A stretch of 64,000 nt of DNA from Mobula hypostoma (Eukaryota): the NCBI RefSeq assembly GCF_963921235.1, contig NC_086099.1, positions 126,294,001 to 126,358,000 on the forward strand, in the 5' to 3' direction. Below are positions 1 through 10,387 of this stretch, one piece after another (position 1 is the stretch's first letter; each line of letters opens with the position of its first letter). Position numbers and translations under genes: made by a program. The notes beneath the pieces were generated by a model, which saw only the letters and a list, made by a program, of their open reading frames with translations, was not told the origin of the DNA and searched no databases.

Positions 1-594
1 CTCTGGGCCCCACTAATTCATTCAATACTTGTCCCTATTTATAATGATGTCAGGTAATCTTTACATTTGATGCACTGACAAATATACCTTCAAACATTCA
101 TGTAATTTTCCTTTGGTTGTCAGAGAGGAATTGAAAAGATGCTTGCCAAATTGGACATAATACTTATAGAAATGTCTATTTTCCTTGAGTATCCTATTCG
201 ACCAATTACCTGTCAAACATCACCTGTCATTTCTATTCCCGCCTCTCTGCATGTCAACCAAGTTGAATATTTTATGCTGAACAGCTTTGAAAGTGCATAA
301 CTCAGAAACACATCGAACTACTTCACATTTAATAAAATACTTTGAAGTGGGAAATGATGCAGTTCATCTTTGGATTCTGTGCATCACTAGTGAGCCCTGT
401 GTTCATTGTTTATCACATCTTAGCCTGAGGAAATGTTAACAGCTGAATTAAAACAACATGTGCTGGAAGCACTCTGCAGATCAGGCAGCATCTGTGAAGT
501 TAGTGTTCCAGGTCAATGGCCTTTCATCATACCCACCATTGCTCTCAACACCAATCTTGCTTGATCTGGGAGTATTTCCAAGGTATTAAGACTA

Positions 595-1095
595 TAAGTT
601 ATAGGAGCAGAATTAGGCCATTCGGCCCATCGAGTCTGCTCTGCCATTTCATCATGGCTGATCCATTCCCTCTCAAACCCAGTCTAACCCCTTCTCCCTG
701 TAACCTTACACACCTTGACTAATCAAGAATCTATCAACCTCCACCTTAATTACACCCAATAACTTGGCCTCCAAAGCCGCCTGTGGCAATGAATTCCACA
801 AGTTCACCACCCTCTGGCTAAAGAAATTCCTCCTCGTCTCCATTCTAAACGGACATCCCTCTGTTCTGAGGATATGCTCTCTGTTCTAGACTCCGCCACT
901 ACAGGAAACATCCTCTACACATCCACTCTATCTGGGCCTTTCAACATCTGATAGTTTTCAATGAGACCATGCTCATTCTTCTAGATTCCAGCAAGCACAG
1001 ACCCAGAGCCATCAATTGCTGCTCATACTATAAACCCTTAATTCGCAGAATCATTCTTGAGAACCTCCTCCTTTCCGATAAGGGGCCCAAAACTG
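595..1095 (-). mobile_element. CR1 LINE 3' fragment, degenerate
   Basis: CR1 3'UTR (ataggagcagaattaggccattcggccc on +) followed by RT C-terminal remnants; similar to other CR1 ends in the window. Confidence 0.8.
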
Positions 1096-1111
1096 CTCTG
1101 TATTTATCTCA

Positions 1112-1219
1112 AGCAACATACATCAAAGTTGCTGGTGAACGCAGCAGGCCAAGCAGCATCTATAGGAAGAGGCGCAGTCGACGTTTCAGGCCGAGACCCT
1201 TCGTCAGGACTTGTCAGGA
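1112..1219 (-). mobile_element. Penelope-like (PLE) pseudo-LTR-derived ~100-bp unit with 13-bp TSD
   Basis: Flanked by direct repeat TGTATTTATCTCA (1099-1111 and 1220-1232); near-identical to 36458-36558. Confidence 0.8.
1176..1211 (-). ncRNA. Minimal type I hammerhead ribozyme motif
   Basis: Minus strand reads AGTC-CTGACGA-AGG-GTCTCGG-CCT-GAAAC-GTC-GACT: CUGANGA and GAAA cores, stem II AGG/CCT, stem I AGTC/GACT, GUC cleavage triplet. Confidence 0.85.
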
Positions 1220-1659
1220 TGTATTTATCTCAGTTTTCTAGCTTCTGCAATATTATCCATTTGTATTTGCACCTTCAAAACTTATGGCTGTATTTCAGAG
1301 GGTGGTTTAGATATCATTTTAGACCAGACTAGCTAATACACACCTGGAAAAAAACGTGGGTGTAGTAATAGATTGTTTTGACAAAATGACAGCTTCATGG
1401 TCAATTTCACTGACATCAGATTTTAGAAAGTAAATTTAAATTCTCATGTTTCTGTTACCAACATTTTTTATAATCAGCTAGCCCAGTGACAAAACCATTG
1501 CTCTAGCGCAATCTCTATGATATTTATTCCTCTTGGACCATGATTCTTTCAGTCTCCATGTTATTTAGCAGGTGTAGAGATGCCAGAAATGGAGCAAAAA
1601 TAACTCACCAGATTCAAACCAGGACCGGGGTGTCTTTCCTATAAGGAAGAATCAGAACT

Positions 1660-1880
1660 AAGTGCGCTCTTCCTTTTTGTTACATCCACAATGAACTCCA
1701 GAATATTTGTAGAATACAGTTTATTTTTCATACAGTGCTGACTCTGTGTGATTGTCTTACGATTTTCTAAATACCCGTATCCCTCTTTTACTATAAAGAT
1801 GAATTCCAGCATTTCCCAATGACAAATGTTAGGCAAATTATCTTAGAATTTCCTGCTTCTGGTCTTCTTCCTTTCTAGAA
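1660..1880 (-). mobile_element. Old CR1 RT fragment
   Basis: Translation YLENRKTITQSQH..KNKLYSTNILEF resembles the CR1 'SQHGF..GKSCLTNLLEF' motif. Confidence 0.6.
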
Positions 1881-1942
1881 TGTTGTAACATTTGTTTTGT
1901 TTTCTGAATCTGCTAGGATCTCTCTGCAGTGTAGCTGGACTA

Positions 1943-2325
1943 CATGATCTCTCATAAACGCTGCCTGCGCAGGGCGAAAAGCATTATCAGAGATGCATCT
2001 CACCCTAACCATGGACTTTTTACTCTCCTCCCATCCGGTAGGCGCTACAGGAGCCTCCGCTCCCGCACCAGCAGGCATAGGAAGAGCTTCTTCCCTGAGG
2101 CTGTGACACTGCTGAACCTCCCAACACAGCGCTAAGCAGTATTGCATCCGTATTGTACTGTCTCAGTACTTTTATATTTGTGTGCTGTAGCACTTTTTTT
2201 ATTCTCAGTTATTTTGTAACTAACACTATTCTTTACATTTCTGGTCAGATGCTAAATGCATTTCATTGACTTTGTATCTGTACTCGGCACAATTACAATA
2301 AAGTTGAATCTAATCTAATCTAATC
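1943..2325 (+). mobile_element. Rex1/Babar-type LINE 3' end with (AATCT)n tail
   Basis: ORF 1944-2135 HPNHGLFTLLPSGRRYRSLRSRTSRHRKSFFPEAVTLLN, then AATAAA and aatctaatctaatc tail. Confidence 0.85.
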
Positions 2326-3125
2326 ATGACTGTGTGTCCAGACGCTGCTCTAACTCTTTCCACAGGTTTGGAGATGACACAACTGTAATTGGCCGTATCT
2401 GAAATAATGATGTGTCGAAGTAGAGGAAGAAGGTGGAGAACCTACAGTGATGATGTCACCACATAACCTTTTGGTCAATGTCAGCATTGTCTTCAGGAAG
2501 CAGGGCTGTGCATGAGGTCTTATTTACATCAATGGTCTCAGTATTATTCGATTACTTTGTTTATTTGCAAGATCTGTTTGCTTTTACACCTTGCTTGCTT
2601 GTCAGTCTTTGTTTATGTATAACTTTTCATCAATTTTACAGAGAAAGGTTGAATAGGTTAGGACTTTATTCCCTGGAGCGTAGAAGAATGAGGGGAGATT
2701 TGATAGAGGTATATAAAATTATGATGGGTATAGATAGAGTGAATGCAAGCAGGCTTTTTCCACTGAGGCAAGGGGAGAAAAAAACCAGAGGACATGGGTT
2801 AAGGGTGAGGGGGGGAAAGTTTAAGGGGAACATTGGGGGGGCTCTTTCACACAAAGAGTGGTGGGAATATGGAATGAGCTGCCAGACGAGGTGGTAAATG
2901 CGGTTTCTTTTTTAACATTTAAGAATAAATTGGACAGATACATGGATGAGAGGTGTATGGAGGGATATGGTCCGTGTGCAGGTCAGTGGGACTAGGTAGA
3001 AAATGGTTCGGCACAGCCAAGAAGGGCCAAAAGGCCTGTTTCTGTGCTGTAGTTTCTATGGTTTTCTATGGTTTTTCTATTCTATTTCTTTATTTTCTTG
3101 TAAATGCATCAAGAAAGTGAATCTA
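2326..3125 (+). mobile_element. Rex1-type fragment interrupted by a younger CR1
   Basis: HDCV..FGDDTTVIG RT remnant at 2326-2480; 3'UTR resumes after the CR1 insert at ~3081. Confidence 0.6.
2636..3080 (+). mobile_element. CR1 3' fragment, relatively young
   Basis: ERLNRLGLYSLERRRMRGDLIEVYKIM motif; (TTTCTATGG)n-type tail. Confidence 0.9.
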
Positions 3126-3133
3126 ATAAGTAG

Positions 3134-3298
3134 TCATCATCATCATTATGTGCTGTGTCGTATGACGTGGACAATCATGGTCTCAAAACCATGATTGTTC
3201 TTGGAAAATTTTTCTAGAGAAGTGGTTTGCCATTACCTTCTTCTGGGCAGTGTCTTTACAAGATGTGTAACCCCAGCCATGATCAATACTCTACAGAT
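3134..3298 (-). mobile_element. RTE-related (Bov-A-like) SINE, 3' part
   Basis: (CAT)n tail on +; contains a variant of the GAAGGCAATGGCAAACCAC motif; homologous to 30473-30852. Confidence 0.75.
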
Positions 3299-3364
3299 TA
3301 CTGTAGCTTTATAATTTTATTACTAACTTTATAAATCATTAAAAACAACATAGTTGAGTAAATC

Positions 3365-3665
3365 ATAAACAAGAGAAAATCTGCAGATGCTGGAAATCTT
3401 AGCAACACACACAAACTGCTGGACGAACTCAACGGGACAGGCAGCATCTATGGAAAAGAGTACAATCAACTTTTCGGGCCAAGACCCTTTGACAGGACAT
3501 CGGACTGGAAGAAAAGATGAGAAGTCTGATTAAGTCCACCTTCTTACTCTAACTTCTCTTTTTTTCTCAGTCTTAATGAAGGGTCTTGGCCCAAAACATC
3601 GACTGTTCACTCTTTTCCGTAGATGCCGCCTGACCTGTTGAGTTCGTGCAGCATTTTGTGTGCAT
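3365..3665. mobile_element. Inverted pair of PLE-derived units, each with a decayed hammerhead
   Basis: ~3405-3500 and ~3568-3665 are reverse complements of each other; degenerate hammerhead cores at ~3463-3498 (-) and ~3569-3604 (+). Confidence 0.75.
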
Positions 3666-4856
3666 TCCTCATCAACCCATTTTTCATGTTAAGTACTTAC
3701 CACCAAGTTTGGGATTTTCGCCAAGAATTGGACCAGAGGCTTTCATAAATGCAGCTTCATTGGACACTTCGTAAATCTAATAGTAGATTTCAAACCTACT
3801 CATGAGCTGTTATCCTGAAAACTCATCCTTCTGAACCTAGGACAGGTTAAATAGAATGCCCTGTGTACTGTGCAAGTGCATTCAATGGAAAATTGGATGT
3901 ATTTTTGGTGAAAGAAGGGCTAGATTGATAGCTTTTTTAGACAAATGGTAGTTTCTTCTTGTTCAGAACAAGTGGTACAACTCCTGCAATTGCAGGGGAA
4001 AGTGCCCAGGGTTGGGATTTATGGTGGGTAGGGAGGAGTGAACAGACCGGGGTGGGGGTGGGGGTGGTTTTTGGTGCCTCTAGAAGGTGAAAAGGGGCAG
4101 AGACACAATATGATAGGTGAAGCAATCTAGTTGCAGATGGTGGAAAAAAGAGTAGTGTTAAACTTACCAGTATAAATCCTTTCCTTGTCTTTATTTTAAA
4201 TAGAATTTGTCAGCCACTATTTAATTGTACTGCTGATAGCTGAGGACTATGTGGATTTGAAATTCCATGTTGCTTTCAAGAGACTTGCTTGAAGGACTTG
4301 CTACTGCATCCATCTTTGCCTCATTGATCACTAGAAAGAGCATTGAAGAAGCTCCTTCTTTGACAGTTTAAAACTACTGCCAGGGATGGGAGGGAGTGAG
4401 AAGAGTAGAGACCAATTTTCTCCTGCATGACAAGGTAATCCTCATGTAATGATCTGCCAGAGCACTGATTCATGCTGCAAATGGTTCCATTATGTGTATA
4501 AGGGTGTTGGATGATTAGGGGCAGGGATCACATCTTACAGCTCAGCTGTGATTATGACTGGAGACCGAGTAAGGTAGTTGCTGTTTGCAGGACATTGACG
4601 TCAGCGTGGAGACCATTTGATTGATGGCTTCATTCTAACTTCAGAGTGTGGTATTCATAATTTTTCTTTCAGTGGGTGTTCAGTGAAGGTGCTGGGTTGC
4701 AACTAGAAACTCCATTTTACCAGACAGGGAAGGAAATGCGGTATGCCTCATGGTGCCATGAGGAGCATAACTGATACCTGGAAACTATCAAGCACACAAA
4801 GGACAATTGAGCATGGTTGAGTGCAATTTGACCCTGGGTTCCTTAAGGTTGTCATT

Positions 4857-5290
4857 GCGGAGAGGGAGTGAGGGTAAGCTCCCATTATCTATTAAATGGT
4901 GTGTGCCTCAAATAGCCTCTGACAAGCAAGTCCAGCTCTTGGCCTTCACAACATGGCTTAGCCAGCAGAACCATTCTGACTGACAAGGTGAAGAGGAAAA
5001 GCAAGTTACAGTCACCTTGAAATCAGTACTTTGGGCAGCTGGGGCTCGTCAGCCGTGGTTGGCAGCTCATCTGACTTCAAACCTCTGCTAGCTTGTGCCT
5101 GTACCCATTTACAGGGAAGGCTTCCGGAGTAAACCTTGAGGAAAAATCCAGAGCTGGAGTTCCTGGTGCCAAGTTGTATCGGTCTCTGCCATTCCTCTGA
5201 ATTCATCAGGTGTGTGGAGAGTGGGAGCCTGCTGCATAGGTATACTGTCATATCGTACTGTCCTGGCTTGCGTATCGCAAAGAGAGTTGG
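4857..5290 (+). mobile_element. Non-autonomous repeat, probably RTE 5'UTR-derived
   Basis: Homologous to 55120-55628 on the opposite strand; clade assignment is inferred. Confidence 0.6.
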
Positions 5291-5394
5291 CGTGCAGCAC
5301 CCATGGTTGACCCCAACCAATGGAGAGCCTCTGAATGTAATGTGGGTAAAGTAACCAGTCTGAGCAAACTGATTCAATTTCTAGTCTTTTCTTT

Positions 5395-5690
5395 ATAGAA
5401 ACATAGAAAACCTACAGCACAATACAGGCCCTTCGGCCCACAATGCTGTTTTGAACATGTACGTACTTTAGAATTTACCTAGGGTTACCCATAGCCCTCT
5501 ATTTTTCTAAGCTCCATGCATCTATCCAGCAGTCTCTTAAAAGACCCTATCGTATTCGCCTCCACCACCATTGCCGGCAGCCCATTCCATGCACTCACCA
5601 CTCTCTGTGTAAAAAACTTACCCCTGACATCTCCTCTGTACCTGCTTCCAAGCACCTTAAAACTGTATCCTCTCATTTTAGCCATTTCAG
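5395..5690 (-). mobile_element. CR1 3' fragment
   Basis: RGDVRGKFFTQRVVSAWNGLP motif; ATAGAAAC tail. Confidence 0.9.
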
Positions 5691-6940
5691 CCCAATCCAA
5701 TCCAATTGGTTTCTTGCACATATAACTCAATTCGTCAGTACTGTTCGATGTAAAGCAAGAATCATTGTGAGATTATTGCATAAGCTTTGCAGTATGTCTC
5801 TAATGAAGAAATAATTCTTATTAGGATTATGATGTTCACTTGCGTAATCCTGTTTAACTTGAAACAATTTTCTAGTTTGTTTCCTTTTACACCAATTTAT
5901 GAAGCAAAAGGTTCAACAAGTACAGCTTCTCACTTGTTGGCAAGTGGCAATACTTGATTGAAAATGTTTGAGCAAATATTATACCCCATTTAAAACCAAA
6001 AAGTTTCACAAGACCACAAGAAACTGCAGCTCAGCATGTCACAAAACAAGTCTCCCCTCCATGGGTTCTGTCTACACTTCTAGCTACCTTGGCAAAGCAG
6101 CCTATATAATCAAAGATTCAACTCACCCATGACTTTGAGAAATAAAGCACAGAAACCGGTCCTTTGGCCCAATGCACTCTTATCTAATCAATTTCATTCA
6201 AAATCCATAATTCCTCCATCGTATCAGCTTCTGGCCAGCTGTATTTCAGGAAACGGGAGCATACTTTATATAAACACTTCTCCAACTCTTAGATTCCTGG
6301 TGAAGTACTTTGAACTCCAATATATATTGTTTGTAAGGTGCAATATTCTGAACTGTATGCTGTATTCTGGATGGGATCTGACTGAGGTATGTGTAATTGA
6401 GGGATCTAATTGGACGTTATAGGTGTGCACATAATATTTCTGCTGCACGTCAGATTGTGATCAACAATTCCCTATGGAAGAATATTTCTCTGGAGGTGGT
6501 TTTGAGCAAGTCATGGGGCATTATGAAATCACATCGAAGCTGTTCTTCAAGCAAAAGATAGAGGGAATGAGGACTTCTTCCCCACAAACGGTGGTGAAAA
6601 TCAATATGATGCAGATGGCAGGAATCTGAAATGTAAACCAGAAAATACAGGAAACACTCAGCAGGTCAGACAGCATCTGTGGAAAAAGAAACACGGTTAA
6701 TGTTTTCAAGTCAATGGCTCTTCATGTAAACGGGTCGTGGGAATTTGCTATGAGGTGCAAAAAGACTTTACTTAGCTATTTTATGAGCTTACGTTGGTTG
6801 TGTAAATCTATAAATAATGCATTTTGTCCTCATAAATTAACGATAAGTTGTAAAACGGATGGATTTTTGAGCTAAACCCATTTCACAGCAGTCATCTTCT
6901 TACAATTGGGATGAGTTCTTCTCCTGCTCAGTTCATCGCA

Positions 6941-6954
6941 CAGGAAGTGAAACT
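6941..6954 (+). promoter_or_regulatory. ETS-IRF composite element (EICE) motif
   Basis: CAGGAAGTGAAACT in non-repetitive DNA; matches GGAAGTGAAA(C/G)T. Confidence 0.4.
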
Positions 6955-8289
6955 AACGGATTAGCTCATTCTGCCTGATGTTTGGGGTGTCGGATTGGGA
7001 GGTGGGAAGGGACAGATGAAAAATGAAAGAAGCACCTCCCTCATTCTTCTTGACTAACAGGAATCATGCAGGACCAGGTCTTCACCTGAATTCTGACTCT
7101 CCGACTTGCTCATGCAACCCAAGTTGTCTTCCTGATCGAGGAATTTGGGGGCTTGTGGCTTTTGTAGGAGATTCATCTTAGTCATTATGCATGTATGCAC
7201 CTGCAAGACGTCCACATCTGTGGGTATATTGTAAGGATGGGTGAGTCCGATACAAAAGACACAAATACAGCTGAGAAAAAATGGCATTTTAGAAAGAAAT
7301 TGTGGTAAGGTGATACAGGTGGTGGGATGAGTTCTAAAAATAATGGCTGTTAAGAAATAGAAAGGCTATTTCTGAACTACTGGAGTACTCTGATTACACC
7401 GGAAGCCTTAAGGATGTCGTTTCAAATCTTAATTCCCCGTGTTGCTGTATTTTCTTACTGTGTAGATTGGCTTGTAAGAATGAAAAGGAACATTCGAATG
7501 TTCAGTTGCTGTCAGCTCACGCTGGGCACAGTGTGTGTGCAGTTGATTGGATTGTGTAACACACGCAAGGCGTATTGCAGCACCATCCCATCTGTGATAT
7601 AATCAGTGAATATATTGATTGACACAAAGATATTGCTTGGAAGATAATGAATTGCTCTAAATGAATTATAAGGTAGAAATCCAATTGAGGACTCCAGGGA
7701 ATGGCATTAAACAAGCCAGCACGGAATTGCTGTTTTATGAATTTAATCCGACTTGTGACTTTGGATGACAGCAGTATGTGCAATCAGCTGTATTTATATT
7801 GTCACGTGTAAGATTAGGAAGGAGGACTGAGCAGAGGCAGACCTAAGGTGAGGAGAGAGAATTGCACCCAAATTTTAATCTTTAAATTGCTTCAATGATA
7901 TTTGGGTATACAAAAATTTAATTAGCCTTATAACAATGTGATTAGAGACAGAAAAGTGGACCTTAAATATCTGAGTTAACTGAGGGAGTGTCGGGGAGTT
8001 AGAGCTCAGGCCAGAGCCTGGGCCTTTGCTCCGTGCTCAAAGACAAGCAACGTGGACGTATGGCAAAGGACAAAGTCCACATCGTGAGCTTTCTCTTGTT
8101 GAACTGCGAATTGGATAAACAGGGGCTTAGAGCCAGTAAATGCCTTTATAGATCAAATATATGAACAGACAATATCTTATTCAAAGTGGTTGGACTAACC
8201 TCACTGATAAAGCAAATAAAGATTTATTGCATGTTATCCCTTTCAATAACATCTCTGCAAATTTCCTATGTGTGGCTTTGTGGCCAACT

Positions 8290-8790
8290 CAGCACGTAAC
8301 CAAAAACTTTTACAAACTTTTATAGATGCCCAGTGGAGAGCATCTGAACTGTTTGTATCACAGCTTGGTATGGAAACACAAATACTCAGGAATGGAGAAG
8401 GCTACAGAAAGTGTCAGATATGGGCCGGTCCATCTCATTGAACAGGTTTACGTGGAGCACTGCCACAGGAACGCAGCCTTTCATCAAGGACACCCACCAT
8501 CCATCAGGCAGCAGGCACAAAAGCCTTAGGTGCCACACCACCAGGCTGGGGAACATTTATTACCCTACAACCATTAGATTCCTGAGCCAGCATGCACTGC
8601 ACTGAACTGATTTTACCATCTCCAGACTCACTTTCCAGGACTCTTACAACTCATGTTTTCGGTATTATTTTTATTTGCAAACTTTGTCTTCTTTTGCACG
8701 TTGGTTGTTAGTTAGCCTGCTAGTGTACTGTGTTTTGTAAAATTATTTTTTCCTGTAAAGGCCTGCAAGAAAATGAATCTCAAAGTGTTA
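8290..8790 (+). mobile_element. Rex1/Babar 3' fragment
   Basis: IKDTHHPSG..LRCHTTRLGNIYYPTTIRFL remnant plus the 3'UTR shared with other Rex1 copies. Confidence 0.7.
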
Positions 8791-8811
8791 TTATGGTAAC
8801 TTTACTTTAGC

Positions 8812-9062
8812 ATTGCGATTAGTGTAGTACTATTACAGCACCAGTGACCCAGGTTCAATTCTGCCACTGTCTGTAAGGAATTTGTACATTCTCCACATGA
8901 CTATGCAGGTTTCCACTGAGTGCTCTGGTTTCCACCCACATTCCAAAGACATACGGGTTTGCAGGTTGTTTGGTCACAATGCTGTACTTGGGCGGTGTGG
9001 GCTCGTTGCGCTGGGAGGGTCTGTTACCATGTTGTATAACTAAAATTAAAATTAATAAAATA
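8812..9062 (+). mobile_element. tRNA-derived V-SINE (HE1-like)
   Basis: B-box-like GGTTCAATTC; V-domain GGTTTCC..GTGCTCTGGTTTCCACCCACATTCCAAAGAC; A-rich tail. Confidence 0.75.
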
Positions 9063-9706
9063 AACTTTGAACTTTGAACAGCAGTCAAATTCTTTTATTT
9101 GGTTGGAGTGTCTGGGATGCCAAAGAGCTAGCTGACAGGTTAGAGACTATGTGGAAAAGTCTGGAACTTTAGGATCAATGATAAAGATTGGGGGCCTTTC
9201 AGATCCGAAACAGAATGAGGATTTTATCCTGGTAAAATATACTGTGCAAATCAAGGGTGAATTGAAGTGTGCTCAGAATGAAATTGAGCACCATTTGTCG
9301 TATGGATCACTGCTGGGGCAGGTCATTACATGAGGATTGCCTTGTCATGCAGGAGAAGACTGTTCTCCCCCACCCGTCTCAATTCCCTCCCATCCCTGGC
9401 AGTAGTTTTAAACTGTCAAGGGAGAAGCTTCTTCAATGCTCTTTCTAGTGATCAAAGAGGCAAAGATGGTGGCACTGTCAAGTCCTTCAAGCAGGTCTCC
9501 TGGAAGCAACATGGAATAATGAGAAAATAAGGAATGAGTATTACTATAGAGCAAAGTTCAGACTCTTTGGTCTCAGTTCTCTTAGTCCCATGCTAGATGA
9601 AAGATGTTTTGTTCATGAGCTGGTGGAGGGTTCATGGAATTAATGTAAATCAGGAGAGTTGGACATTGTGAAAGTTACAATTTCAGGACCAAAAGCCAAA
9701 GCTCAT

Positions 9707-9736
9707 ACACACACACACACATACATATATATATAT
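9707..9736. repeat. (CA)n(TA)n microsatellite
   Basis: Directly visible. Confidence 0.9.
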
Positions 9737-10367
9737 TAGATTAGATTAGATTAGATTATGAGGACACGCAGTCCTCTTTTATTGTCATTTAGTAATGCAT
9801 GCGTTAAGAAATGATACAGTATTCCTCTGGTGTGATATCACAGAATCACAGGACAGACCAGACTGAAAAACTGACAAAAAGCACATAATTATAACATATA
9901 GTTACAACAGTGCAAGCAATACCATAACTTGATGAAGAACAGGCCATGGGCACGGTAAAAAAAGATTCAAAGCCTCTCAGAAGTCCCACATCTTACGCAG
10001 ACGGGAGAAGGAAGAAAGCTCTCCCTACCATGCCCGACCACAGTCCGACTCTGAGTCGTCCGAAAACTTCGAGCCTCCGACCAGCCCTCCGATATCAAGC
10101 ACCATCTCTGCCGAGCGCTTCGACTCCAGCCCCGGCTGCCAGCAGCAGGCAAAGCCAAGGATTTTGGGGCCTTCCCTCTGGAGATTCTTGATTGCACAGT
10201 AGCAGCAGCAGTGAACCTGGCATTTCAGTAGTTTCTCCAAATGTTCCTCTGTGCTTCTCATGTCTGTCTCCATCAAATCAGAATTGTGCACGGCATCCTA
10301 CTTACAAATATGATATCATTTCACCGGAGAGCTGCGTGCACTGCGTTGCGTCACCATCTTCTCCTCC
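9736..10367 (-). mobile_element. ~630-bp non-coding retroposon with (AATCT)n tail
   Basis: Minus-strand 5' end GGAGGAGAAGATGGTGACG, 3' AATAAA plus (AATCT)n; second copy at 34488-35108. Confidence 0.8.
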
Positions 10368-10387
10368 TGCCTCCCGCATTATGTATA

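Noticed and set aside
7800-8251. Possible solo LTR (TGT...ACA with AATAAA)
   Set aside because: Flanks (TATAT/TCTCT) do not form a convincing TSD and there is no second copy in the window
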